Below, piece after piece: positions 1 through 8,810 of a DNA stretch of 32,000 nucleotides. The stretch spans positions 3,630,001-3,662,000 of the forward strand of contig NC_000962.3 of assembly GCF_000195955.2 (NCBI RefSeq), in the 5' to 3' direction. Both the position numbers and the translations under genes were made by a program. Origin of the DNA: Mycobacterium tuberculosis H37Rv. Its GTDB lineage: Bacteria > Actinomycetota > Actinomycetes > Mycobacteriales > Mycobacteriaceae. A model generated the notes under the pieces. That model was given only the letters and a program-made list of their open reading frames with translations. It searched no databases and was not told where the DNA came from. Positions within the stretch are counted from its first letter, which is position 1, and every line of letters begins with the position of its first letter.

Positions 1-387
1 ATCGGGCTTGGCGACACCGGTCAACAGCGAGATGACCAACGGATCTGCCGCCGACTCGGCGAAGAACGACCGAAAGCCCTGCAGGAACGCTTCGTAAAAG
101 TTGCCGACGTTGGCGTCCAACGATGCATGGACGTTGTCCACTAATCGGTCGGCCAGGCGCAGCGCGTATCCCTGCGCCAGGCCTTGCCGGGAACCGAATT
201 CGTTGTAGATGGTCTGCCGGCTGATGCCCGCCGCGCGGGCCACGTCGGACAGCGTGATGGCGGACCAGTCGCGGGTCAGCAGCAGATCCCGCATCGCATC
301 CAGCACCGAATCCCGCAACAGGGCCCGCGAGGCCTCGGCATAGGGTATCCGCTTCACAGGCGCGACAGTAGCGCTTGGAGTGCTCAC
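1..387 (-). CDS. TetR-family transcriptional regulator, 3' part off the left edge (Rv3249c-like)
   Basis: Manual minus-strand translation from GTG at 387: [74 protein letters not shown]..., a classic TetR N-terminal HTH. Start overlaps the rubB stop. Confidence 0.9.
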   Translation of the reverse strand, partial: MSTPSATVAPVKRIPYAEASRALLRDSVLDAMRDLLLTRDWSAITLSDVARAAGISRQTIYNEFGSRQGLAQGYALRLADRLVDNVHASLDANVGNFYEAFLQGFRSFFAESAADPLVISLLTGVAKPD

Positions 388-566
388 GAGCGAGCCACCT
401 CCACCATCTCGAAATCCGACTTTGCCGCACCGCAATCCGGGCAACTCCAGTCATCGGGGATGTCGTCCCAGCGGGTGCCGGCCGCGATGCCGTCCTCCGG
501 CCAACCCAGCGCCTCATCGTACTCAAAGCCGCATTGGATACAGCGGAACAGTTTGTAGTCGTTCAC
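384..566 (-). CDS. rubB: Rubredoxin
   Basis: 60 aa with CIQCG and CPDCG cysteine pairs; GTG start; lies in the alkB operon. Confidence 0.93.
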
Positions 567-570
567 TTAG

Positions 571-738
571 TTACCCTCCTATCTTTTCGAAATCGACCTT
601 CTCGCGCACCGCGCAGTCCGGGCAGCACCAGTCGTCGGGAATTTGATCCCAGCCTGTGCCGGCTGGGAAGCCTTCCCTGGCATCACCGTTGGCCTCGTCG
701 TAGACGTAGTCGCAGACCGGGCACCGGTAGGCGGCCAT
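571..738 (-). CDS. rubA: Rubredoxin (not listed in the ORF track)
   Basis: Manual translation: MAAYRCPVCDYVYDEANGDAREGFPAGTGWDQIPDDWCCPDCAVREKVDFEKIGG*, with two CxxC pairs. ATG at 738 overlaps the alkB TGA (740..738). Confidence 0.93.
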   Translation of the reverse strand: MAAYRCPVCDYVYDEANGDAREGFPAGTGWDQIPDDWCCPDCAVREKVDFEKIGG

Positions 739-1988
739 CATGCCGAGGCTCCGTAACGGGCGAGTGCCTTCTCCCGCACGCGCGGGTGCAGGTTAACCCG
801 AGTGATATCGCCGCCGTAGTGCTCCAGCACCCGGTGATCCATTACCTTGCGCCACAACGGCGGGAAGTAGGTCAGCGAGATCATCGATGCATACCCACTG
901 GGCAGGTTGGGCGCACCCGCCATGCTCCGCAGTGTCTGATAGCGGCGAGTGGGGTTGGCGTGGTGATCGCTGTGTCGCTGCAGGTGGTAGAGGAACAGGT
1001 TGGTGACGATGTGGTCGGAGTTCCAGCTGTGCACCGGGGCGCAGCGCTCGTAGCGGCCGTTGGCGCTCTTCTGCCGTAGCAGTCCGTAGTGTTCGAGGTA
1101 GTTGACGGCCTCTAACAGGCTGAAGCCGAAGACTGCCTGGATGATGACGAACGGGATCAGCGCCGGGCCGAAGACCGCGATCAGCCCACCCCACAACACC
1201 ACCGACATCAGCCACGCGTTGAGCACGTCGTTGCGCAGATACGTCATGGGATTCCAGGGGCTGACGCCGAGCCGACGCAGCCGTTGGGCCTCCAAATGAA
1301 CGGCCGAGCGCAAGCCGCCGATAACACTGCGGGGCAGGAACTCCCACAACGTCTCGCCGAACCGCGCCGACGCCGGGTCCTCCGGTGTGGACACCCGGAC
1401 GTGATGGCCACGGTTGTGCTCGATGTAGAAGTGCCCGTAGCAGGTCTGGGCGAGGGTGATCTTGGACAGCCACCGCTCCAGCGAATCCTTCTTGTGCCCC
1501 ATTTCGTGGGCGGTGTTGATACCGACGCCGCCAAGCACACCGACCGACAGCGCCACCCCAAGCTTGCCCGCCCAGCTCAAGGCGCCGTCAAAGCCGAGCC
1601 AACTGAGGTTTGCGGCGGTGAACAGGTATGCGCCCAGCACCACGCTGAGGTACTGGAACGGGATGTAGATGTAGGTGCAGTAGCGGTAGTACTTGTCATT
1701 CTCCAGCCGGTCGGTCACCTCGTCGGGCGGGTTCTGCCCGTCGGGCCCGAAGCGTAGGTCAAGAAGCGGCAACAAGACGTAGAGCAGGATCGGTCCGATC
1801 CACAGCGGCACCTGCGCGGCGGCGTGCCAGCCGAGCTGGTTCATCCCCCAGATCAGCGGCAGCATCACCACCAAGGCCGTCGGGGCGATGAGGCCCATAA
1901 GCCACAGGTAACGCTTCTTGTCCCGCCACTCCTCGACTTCGGGCGGCCGGGGGGCTTCGGGTCCACCAGAGCCGATTTGCGTGGTCAT
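738..1988 (-). CDS. alkB: Transmembrane alkane 1-monooxygenase, 416 aa
   Basis: Membrane di-iron histidine boxes HEMGHKK, EHNRGHHVR and LQRHSDHHAN. GAGGAGG Shine-Dalgarno upstream of the ATG at 1988 favours this start over 2012. Confidence 0.95.
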   Translation of the reverse strand: MTTQIGSGGPEAPRPPEVEEWRDKKRYLWLMGLIAPTALVVMLPLIWGMNQLGWHAAAQVPLWIGPILLYVLLPLLDLRFGPDGQNPPDEVTDRLENDKYYRYCTYIYIPFQYLSVVLGAYLFTAANLSWLGFDGALSWAGKLGVALSVGVLGGVGINTAHEMGHKKDSLERWLSKITLAQTCYGHFYIEHNRGHHVRVSTPEDPASARFGETLWEFLPRSVIGGLRSAVHLEAQRLRRLGVSPWNPMTYLRNDVLNAWLMSVVLWGGLIAVFGPALIPFVIIQAVFGFSLLEAVNYLEHYGLLRQKSANGRYERCAPVHSWNSDHIVTNLFLYHLQRHSDHHANPTRRYQTLRSMAGAPNLPSGYASMISLTYFPPLWRKVMDHRVLEHYGGDITRVNLHPRVREKALARYGASA

Positions 1989-2028
1989 ATGCCAAACCTC
2001 CTCATGAGCCACACCACGTTGGGATTTG

Positions 2029-2057
2029 ACAATAGAGCAGTTTGCGTCTTATGTCTA
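2029..2057 (-). promoter_or_regulatory. Predicted promoter of alkB-rubA-rubB-tetR
   Basis: Minus strand TAGACA (2057..2052), 17-nt spacer, TATTGT (2034..2029). Confidence 0.6.
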
Positions 2058-2071
2058 GACATATAACGCAA
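2042..2071. promoter_or_regulatory. Probable operator: 30-bp near-perfect inverted repeat TTGCGTCTTATGTCTAGACATATAACGCAA
   Basis: 13 of 15 base pairs are complementary (TTGCGTnnTATGTCT / AGACATAnnACGCAA); overlaps the predicted -35. Confidence 0.75.
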
Positions 2072-2096
2072 TTTGTAAATACGCGGCGAAGCTAGT

Positions 2097-3584
2097 TCAA
2101 CACCTCCGGGTCGCGCTCTCTCGAGCTTGCCGAAGGCCCTGCGCCGAGTGCCGGCGCCCGTAGCCGACATAAATCGCGGTTCCGGCCACCAGCCAGATCC
2201 CGAACCGGATCCAAGTCAACGCGGTGAGGTTCAGCATCAGCCACAGGCACGCGCACACTGCGGCGATCGGAAGTAACGGCACCCACGGAGCTGTGAACCC
2301 CCGCTGAAGGTCGGGTCGGGTCCGGCGCAGCACGACCACTCCGGCCGAGACGAGGATGAACGCGAACAGTGTCCCGACGTTGACCATCTCCTCAAGCTTG
2401 GTGATCGGAAACACCGACGCCGTCGTGGCCACCAACACCGCGACCAGCACCGTGACCCGGACCGGGGTGCCGCGCGAACCGGTCTTGGCCAATTGCCGCG
2501 GCACCAAGCCGTCGCGCGCCATGGCGAACAGCACGCGGCATTGCCCGAGCATCAACACCATCACCACCGTGGTAAGCCCGGCCAGCGCGCCGACGGAGAT
2601 GATGCCGCTGGCCCAGTACACCCCGTTGGCCTGGAACGCGGTGGCCAGATTTGCCGGCCCGCGGCCCGGTACGGTCCGCAGTTGGGTGTATGGAACCATG
2701 CCCGACAGCACCACCGATACCGCGACGTAGAGAAGGGTCACGACCCCCAGCGACGCGAGAATCCCTCGAGGGACGTCTCGTTGAGGACGCTTGGTCTCCT
2801 CGGCCATGGTGGCCACGATGTCAAACCCGATAAACGCGAAGAACACGATCGATGCCCCGGCCAGCACGCCGTACCATCCGTAGTGGCTGCCTTGGGCTCC
2901 GGTCAGCAACGAGAAGACGGATTGATCGAGCCCGCCGCCGTGGTGCTGGACTTCGGGCTCGGGAATGAACGGCGAGTAGTTGGCGGCCCTGATGTAGAAG
3001 GCACCGACGACCACCACCAAGACGACCACCGACACCTTGATTGCGGTGACCACCGCGGAAAATCTCGACGACAATTTGGTGCCCAACGCGATCAGGGTCG
3101 CCACCAACGTGACGATCACGAGCGCACCCCAGTCGAGCTGCAGCGATCCGAGATGGCCTGTGCCATTACCGAATCCGAACACGGTGCCCAAGTAGCTGGA
3201 CCAGCCTTTGGCGACCACGGCCGCACCCATCGCCAGTTCCAGCACCAGATTCCAGCCGATCACCCAGGCCAAGAACTCCCCGAAGGTGGCATAAGAGAAG
3301 GTATAGGCGCTGCCGGCCACCGGCAGCGTCGAGGCGAACTCGGCGTAGCACAGCGCGGCCAGCGCACAGGTCGCCGCCGCGATCAGAAACGATATCCAGA
3401 TGGCCGGGCCGGTGATATCGCCAGCGGTCGACGCGGTAACCGTGAATATTCCGGCGCCAATCACCACCGAGACGCCGAAAACAACCAGGTCCCACCAGGT
3501 GAGGTCCTTGCGCAGCCGAGTGGTGGGCTCGTCGGTGTCGGCGATTGACTGTTCTACCGACTTCATGCGCCGTCGACCGGCCAT
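2097..3584 (-). CDS. APC-superfamily cationic amino acid transporter, 495 aa (Rv3253c-like)
   Basis: TRLRKDLTWWDLVVFGVSVVIGAGIFTVTA... with about 12 hydrophobic helices. The track labels the enclosing ORF (2097..4298) '+', but the protein is encoded on the minus strand. Confidence 0.93.
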   Translation of the reverse strand: MAGRRRMKSVEQSIADTDEPTTRLRKDLTWWDLVVFGVSVVIGAGIFTVTASTAGDITGPAIWISFLIAAATCALAALCYAEFASTLPVAGSAYTFSYATFGEFLAWVIGWNLVLELAMGAAVVAKGWSSYLGTVFGFGNGTGHLGSLQLDWGALVIVTLVATLIALGTKLSSRFSAVVTAIKVSVVVLVVVVGAFYIRAANYSPFIPEPEVQHHGGGLDQSVFSLLTGAQGSHYGWYGVLAGASIVFFAFIGFDIVATMAEETKRPQRDVPRGILASLGVVTLLYVAVSVVLSGMVPYTQLRTVPGRGPANLATAFQANGVYWASGIISVGALAGLTTVVMVLMLGQCRVLFAMARDGLVPRQLAKTGSRGTPVRVTVLVAVLVATTASVFPITKLEEMVNVGTLFAFILVSAGVVVLRRTRPDLQRGFTAPWVPLLPIAAVCACLWLMLNLTALTWIRFGIWLVAGTAIYVGYGRRHSAQGLRQARESATRRC

Positions 3585-3626
3585 GCACCCGTCCTCTCGC
3601 ACTCGTTGTGACCGCACAGTACTGGG

Positions 3627-3632
3627 TACTCT
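3627..3632 (+). promoter_or_regulatory. Predicted -10 box (TACTCT) for leaderless transcription of the Rv3254-like gene
   Basis: TANNNT with exactly 6 nt before the ATG at 3639. Confidence 0.55.
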
Positions 3633-3638
3633 GCGAGG

Positions 3639-5063
3639 ATGACGGGTCGCGTAGGGAACCCGAAGGACCACGCCGTGGTGATCGGAGCTAGCATCGCCGG
3701 GTTGTGCGCCGCGCGGGTGCTCTCGGACTTCTACTCCACGGTGACGGTTTTCGAGCGCGACGAGTTGCCGGAAGCGCCGGCGAACCGGGCCACGGTCCCT
3801 CAAGACCGACACCTGCACATGTTGATGGCCCGCGGGGCGCAGGAATTCGACAGCCTGTTCCCCGGCCTGTTGCACGACATGGTGGCCGCGGGCGTGCCCA
3901 TGCTTGAGAACCGGCCGGACTGTATCTACTTGGGCGCCGCCGGCCATGTCCTCGGGACGGGGCATACCCTGCGCAAGGAGTTCACCGCCTACGTGCCCAG
4001 CCGGCCGCACCTGGAATGGCAGCTGCGGCGACGGGTCCTGCAGCTCTCCAACGTCCAGATTGTGCGGCGCCTGGTCACCGAGCCACAGTTCGAGCGCAGG
4101 CAGCAGCGAGTGGTCGGCGTGCTGCTGGATTCCCCTGGTAGCGGCCAAGATCGGGAACGCGAAGAGTTCATAGCTGCCGACCTTGTCGTCGACGCAGCCG
4201 GCCGGGGTACCCGACTGCCGGTTTGGTTGACGCAGTGGGGATATCGGCGGCCGGCCGAAGACACCGTGGACATCGGCATCAGCTATGCCAGCCACCAATT
4301 TCGCATTCCCGACGGGCTGATCGCCGAGAAGGTGGTGGTCGCCGGCGCCTCACACGATCAGTCGCTGGGGCTAGGCATGCTGTGCTACGAGGACGGCACC
4401 TGGGTCCTCACCACCTTCGGGGTGGCCGATGCCAAACCGCCGCCGACTTTCGACGAGATGCGTGCACTCGCGGACAAACTGCTGCCGGCCCGCTTCACCG
4501 CCGCGCTGGCGCAAGCCCAACCGATCGGCTGTCCGGCGTTTCATGCTTTCCCAGCCAGCAGATGGCGTCGCTACGACAAGCTGGAACGTTTCCCGCGCGG
4601 AATCGTCCCGTTCGGCGATGCGGTGGCCAGCTTCAATCCCACCTTCGGGCAGGGCATGACGATGACCTCACTGCAAGCCGGCCACCTACGACGGGCGCTC
4701 AAAGCCCGCAACTCAGCTATGAAAGGCGACCTGGCCGCCGAACTCAATCGGGCCACCGCCAAGACCACCTATCCGGTGTGGATGATGAACGCAATCGGCG
4801 ACATCAGTTTCCACCACGCCACCGCTGAGCCCCTTCCCCGATGGTGGCGCCCAGCCGGTTCGCTGTTCGACCAATTCCTCGGGGCCGCAGAAACCGATCC
4901 TGTTCTCGCCGAATGGTTTCTGCGACGGTTTTCGCTGCTGGACAGCCTGTACATGGTGCCGTCGGTACCGATCATCGGTCGCGCCATTGCTCACAATCTG
5001 CGATTGTGGCTAAAAGAGCAGCGTGAGCGTCGGCAACCCGTCACAACCCGACGGTCGCCCTGA
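3639..5063 (+). CDS. FAD-dependent oxidoreductase/monooxygenase-like protein (Rv3254-like)
   Basis: Rossmann motif VVIGASIAGLCAARVL near the N-terminus and FAD-binding FGDAVASFNPTFGQGM. An alternative GTG start at 3675 gives 462 aa. Confidence 0.85.
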   Translation: MTGRVGNPKDHAVVIGASIAGLCAARVLSDFYSTVTVFERDELPEAPANRATVPQDRHLHMLMARGAQEFDSLFPGLLHDMVAAGVPMLENRPDCIYLGAAGHVLGTGHTLRKEFTAYVPSRPHLEWQLRRRVLQLSNVQIVRRLVTEPQFERRQQRVVGVLLDSPGSGQDREREEFIAADLVVDAAGRGTRLPVWLTQWGYRRPAEDTVDIGISYASHQFRIPDGLIAEKVVVAGASHDQSLGLGMLCYEDGTWVLTTFGVADAKPPPTFDEMRALADKLLPARFTAALAQAQPIGCPAFHAFPASRWRRYDKLERFPRGIVPFGDAVASFNPTFGQGMTMTSLQAGHLRRALKARNSAMKGDLAAELNRATAKTTYPVWMMNAIGDISFHHATAEPLPRWWRPAGSLFDQFLGAAETDPVLAEWFLRRFSLLDSLYMVPSVPIIGRAIAHNLRLWLKEQRERRQPVTTRRSP

Positions 5064-6267
5064 ACAGCTTGGCGGGTTGGCCGGCGGTCAGCCGGATCGG
5101 GCCGTCGTCGGCCGCCACCCAGGCGGCCGTGCCGCGCTGTAGCGTGAGCGACCCGCACTTCCCGTGCACCGTCGCCGAACCCTCGGTGCATAACAAGATC
5201 TGTGGACCGTCATGGCCGGACGACGCGTCGACCTCGTGGCCGAGGTGATCGCCGTCGAGCACCAGTAGCGTGGCCGCGAACTCATCGGTGGGCGTCTCAA
5301 AGACCAGCCCCAGCCCCTCGCGCCGGATCGGGGGCCGCAGCCGAGCCTTCGGCGTGGGGGCGAAGTCCAGCACCCGCAACAACTCGGGCACATCGACGTG
5401 CTTAGGGGTAAGTCCACCGCGTAACACGTTGTCGGAGTTGGCCATCACTTCCACACCGAAACCACGCACATAGGCGTGCAGGTTGCCGGCCGGCAGGAAG
5501 ATCGCCTCCCCAGGAGCCAAGCTGATGCGGTTGAGCAACAACGCCGCCAGCACACCGGCGTCGCCGGGATAACGTTCGCCGAGTTCCAGCACTGTCTTGG
5601 CTTCGGCGCCAAATTCCGTTGCGCCGGAGCTGACGTACTGGATAGCGCCGTCCAGCACGGCAGGCACCAGCACGTCGATGTCGGGCTGGGGTGCGGTAAT
5701 CCAGGTGGTGAACAGCGCACGCAAACCATCGGCATCGGACCCCTCGCTCAGCAAGTCGATGAACGGGTCGAGGTCGGATACGGCCAGCGCCCGCAGCAGC
5801 TCGGTGGTGCGAGCCGCCTCCCGGAATCCGGCCAGCGCCTCGAACGGCTGCAGCGCCACCAATAACTCTGGCTTGTGACTGGTGTCGCGGTAGTTGCGGA
5901 CGGGTGAGGACACCGGAATGCCCATTCGCTCTTCCCGCAGGTAGCCCTCAACCGCCTGCTCGGCGCTCGGATGGGCCTGCAACGATAGTGGCTCGTCGGC
6001 CGCCAACACCTTGACCAAGAACGGCAACACATCGCCGAATCGCGCGCGCGACGCGGAGCCGAGCTGCCCCTCCGGATCCGCGACCAACGCTTCGAGCAAC
6101 GAGGTTTGGCCATGCGGCGTCTGCAGCCAAGCCGGATCACCCGGGTGTGCACCGAACCATAGTTCGGCCTCGGGGTGAGCGGCCGGCACCGGACGCCCGG
6201 TGAATTCGGCGATAGCGGTGCGCGATCCCCAAGCGTAGGTGCGTAACGCGCCACGTAGCAGTTCCAC
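5041..6267 (-). CDS. manA: Mannose-6-phosphate isomerase (type I PMI), 408 aa
   Basis: VELLRGALRTYAWGSRTAIAEF..., SLQAHPSAEQA, HKPELLVALQPFEALAGFR and NSDNVLRGGLTPKHVDV. GTG start at 6267. The track ORF 5041..7005 is labelled '+' but encoded on minus. Confidence 0.95.
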   Translation of the reverse strand: MELLRGALRTYAWGSRTAIAEFTGRPVPAAHPEAELWFGAHPGDPAWLQTPHGQTSLLEALVADPEGQLGSASRARFGDVLPFLVKVLAADEPLSLQAHPSAEQAVEGYLREERMGIPVSSPVRNYRDTSHKPELLVALQPFEALAGFREAARTTELLRALAVSDLDPFIDLLSEGSDADGLRALFTTWITAPQPDIDVLVPAVLDGAIQYVSSGATEFGAEAKTVLELGERYPGDAGVLAALLLNRISLAPGEAIFLPAGNLHAYVRGFGVEVMANSDNVLRGGLTPKHVDVPELLRVLDFAPTPKARLRPPIRREGLGLVFETPTDEFAATLLVLDGDHLGHEVDASSGHDGPQILLCTEGSATVHGKCGSLTLQRGTAAWVAADDGPIRLTAGQPAKLFRATVGL

Positions 6268-6274
6268 CGGCGAT

Positions 6275-7315
6275 CTATCCTCGCACCAGTCGCAGATACA
6301 CGGCGGCCATCTCCAGCCGAACGGCCAATACCGCCCCCCCGGATCCCACGGGGGCGTCGAGCAGCTCCGGCACATCCTCAGCCGCGACCAGATAGGCGTC
6401 ATCGAGCCCGGCAACCCGAGCGGCCACCACCGTCCGCTCGCCGGCCAGCGCCAGCGCCAACACCCGCAGCCGCTGCGGTGCCGGCCCATCGATTTCCTCG
6501 TCATGGAACAGCGCATCCGGCGGCGTCCCGGCACGTAGCGCCACAACCGCATCCGAAAGCCTGGTAGCGGCCACAACCTGGTTTGCGATCCGCAGCATGA
6601 CCGAACTCCCATGCCGGGCCAGCGCCAGCGTCGCGGCATTGTCTCCAGCCAGGGCCAGCTGGCAACCGGAAACGCGAGCGGCAAGTGCCTTGGCCGGGTT
6701 GGTGAACACCTCTCGGCCGGCGCTGTTGCGGAGCGCCTCAGCATCCAGCTCGTCTGCCAGCGACGCCAGATCGATGCGCAGCTTGGGATCCACGGTTTGC
6801 AAGGCCGCCAGACCCGCGGCCAGGTACCGGGACAACCCGAACTCGTCAGGAACCCGCAGCCGCGGTTCCAGCACCGCGACGCGACCGGCCGTGCTGTCCC
6901 GCAGCGGACCCTCATACGGTGCCACCACGACAACCCGCGCGCCCCTGCGCACCCCGATCGCGGCGGCCCCGACCAGCGCCGGGTCGCCGGGGTCGTCGCC
7001 GGCAACGATCAGCACGTCAAGCGGCCCGACCCAGGGCGGCGCCGCACTGGCGAGCACGATCGGCTCGGCGGCCCCGGCACCTAGCGTCGAGGCCAGGATG
7101 GTCCCGGCGGTCTCAGCGGTCCCCCGGCCGGTCACCCAGATCACCGAGCGGGGACGGTCACTACCGCGCAGCAAGTCCAGTTCGCCCTCGTCGGCCGCGG
7201 CAGCGATGGCACGCACCTGTGCGCCGGCCATCGATGCGGCCCGCAGCAGGGCACCCCGGTCGGCAGCGATCAGGCCTTCGGTGTCCTCGAGATCGATCGC
7301 CCGGGCGACGTTCAC
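6275..7315 (-). CDS. SIS / phosphoglucose-isomerase-like protein in the mannose gene cluster (Rv3256c-like)
   Basis: 346 aa; SIS-like pattern (IVASAAPPWVGPLDVLIVAGDDPGDPALVGAAAIGVRRGARVVVVAPYEG). Overlaps pmmA by 4 bp. Confidence 0.75.
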   Translation of the reverse strand: MNVARAIDLEDTEGLIAADRGALLRAASMAGAQVRAIAAAADEGELDLLRGSDRPRSVIWVTGRGTAETAGTILASTLGAGAAEPIVLASAAPPWVGPLDVLIVAGDDPGDPALVGAAAIGVRRGARVVVVAPYEGPLRDSTAGRVAVLEPRLRVPDEFGLSRYLAAGLAALQTVDPKLRIDLASLADELDAEALRNSAGREVFTNPAKALAARVSGCQLALAGDNAATLALARHGSSVMLRIANQVVAATRLSDAVVALRAGTPPDALFHDEEIDGPAPQRLRVLALALAGERTVVAARVAGLDDAYLVAAEDVPELLDAPVGSGGAVLAVRLEMAAVYLRLVRG

Positions 7316-8709
7316 GGTCCGGCCTTCGCATGTGCGCTCTGGGCAGCGATTTCAGCGCTGACCTGACGTACCACCGCGTCAACGTCCCCGACGCTGCGGC
7401 CCTCCACATTGAGCCGCAGCAACGGCTCGGTGTTTGAGCTGCGCAGGTTGAACCAGCTGTCGTCGCCTAAGTCAACGGTCACGCCATCGAGGTGATCAAT
7501 ACTGACAATCCGGTTGCCGAACGATTTCAACACGGCCTCCACACAGGCCGAAGAGTCGACCACGGTGAAGTTGATCTCGCCGGAGGATTCATAGCGTTGG
7601 TAGTCCGCGGTCAACTCCGACAGCGGTCTGCTCTGCTCACCGAGGGCGGCCAGCACATGCAGTGCGGCCAGCATTCCGGAATCGGCACCCCAGAAGTCAC
7701 GGAAGTAATAGTGCGCCGAATGTTCACCACCGAAAATCGCCCCGGTCTCGGCCATCAGTGCCTTGATATAGGAGTGCCCAACCCGCGAACGCAGCGGCGT
7801 ACCGCCGCGCTCGGCGACCAGCTCGGGCACCGCGCGGGAGGTGATCACGTTGTGGATGATGGTGGCGCCGATCTCCCGGTTGAGTTCCCGCGCGGCCACC
7901 AATGCGGTAACCGTCGACGGCGAGACCGGCTGGCCGCGTTCGTCGACCACGAAGCAGCGGTCGGCGTCGCCGTCGAAAGCAAGCCCGATATCGGCGCCGG
8001 TGTCACGCACATAGGCCTGCAGATCCACCAGGTTCGCCGGGTCCAGCGGATTGGCCTCGTGATTGGGAAACGATCCGTCGAGCTCAAAATACGAGGGCAA
8101 CAAGGTGATCGAGTCGATCACCCCAAGGACCGCCGGCGCGGTGTGACCGGCCATGCCGTTGCCGGCGTCCACGGCCACCCGCAACGGACGTAGCCCCGAG
8201 GTGTCCACCAGCGATCGCAGGAACGCCCCGTAGTCGACCAGCACGTCCTGGTCGGCAATGGTTCCGGGCGTCCCGTCGTATCGTGCGACGCCGGCGATCA
8301 GGTCGTCACGGATGGCGGTCAGCCCGGTATCGGCTCCGACTGGTTTGGCGGCGGCCCGACACATCTTGATGCCGTTGTATGCCGCCGGGTTGTGGCTCGC
8401 GGTGAACATCGCTCCCGGGCAGTCCAACAGCCCCGAGGCGAAATAAAGCTGATCGGTGGACGCCAAACCAACTCGCACCACGTCGAGGCCCTGCCCGGTC
8501 ACCCCGGCCGCGAACGCGTCGGCCAGCGACGGCGAACTGTCCCGCATGTCGTGACCGATCACCACTGGTCGCGCATCCTCGGTCCGCATCAACCGCGCGA
8601 ATGCGGCGCCGAGATCGGTAACCAGCGACTCGTCGATCTCTTCGCCGACCAGCCCGCGTACGTCGTAAGCCTTGATAACGCGGTCCACAGCCGCGGCGGG
8701 CCAAGACAT
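7312..8709 (-). CDS. pmmA: Phosphomannomutase
   Basis: 465 aa; phosphoserine loop FTASHNPAAYNGIKMC and metal-binding FDGDADRCF. Confidence 0.93.
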   Translation of the reverse strand: MSWPAAAVDRVIKAYDVRGLVGEEIDESLVTDLGAAFARLMRTEDARPVVIGHDMRDSSPSLADAFAAGVTGQGLDVVRVGLASTDQLYFASGLLDCPGAMFTASHNPAAYNGIKMCRAAAKPVGADTGLTAIRDDLIAGVARYDGTPGTIADQDVLVDYGAFLRSLVDTSGLRPLRVAVDAGNGMAGHTAPAVLGVIDSITLLPSYFELDGSFPNHEANPLDPANLVDLQAYVRDTGADIGLAFDGDADRCFVVDERGQPVSPSTVTALVAARELNREIGATIIHNVITSRAVPELVAERGGTPLRSRVGHSYIKALMAETGAIFGGEHSAHYYFRDFWGADSGMLAALHVLAALGEQSRPLSELTADYQRYESSGEINFTVVDSSACVEAVLKSFGNRIVSIDHLDGVTVDLGDDSWFNLRSSNTEPLLRLNVEGRSVGDVDAVVRQVSAEIAAQSAHAKAGP

Positions 8710-8810
8710 GCGCGGGCTCCTGACAACCTAGATTTTCTGCGACTCTTGGCCGCCAGCCTATCGGCCCGCGAACGACGCGGGCCGAATCGGTCTCGAACAG
8801 CATGGGAAGA

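Noticed and set aside
2493-3548. 351-aa plus-strand ORF antisense to the amino acid transporter
   Set aside because: Low-complexity H/R/Q/G-rich translation typical of antisense frames in high-GC DNA, with no motif.
2097-4298. 733-aa '+' ORF in the supplied track
   Set aside because: The translation is encoded on the minus strand. Only 2097..3584 is the transporter; the N-terminal 238 residues are antisense to the FAD enzyme gene and read as GC-biased filler.
5041-7005. 654-aa '+' ORF in the supplied track
   Set aside because: Also minus strand. The portion upstream of 6267 overlaps the Rv3256c-like gene in another frame; only 5041..6267 is ManA.
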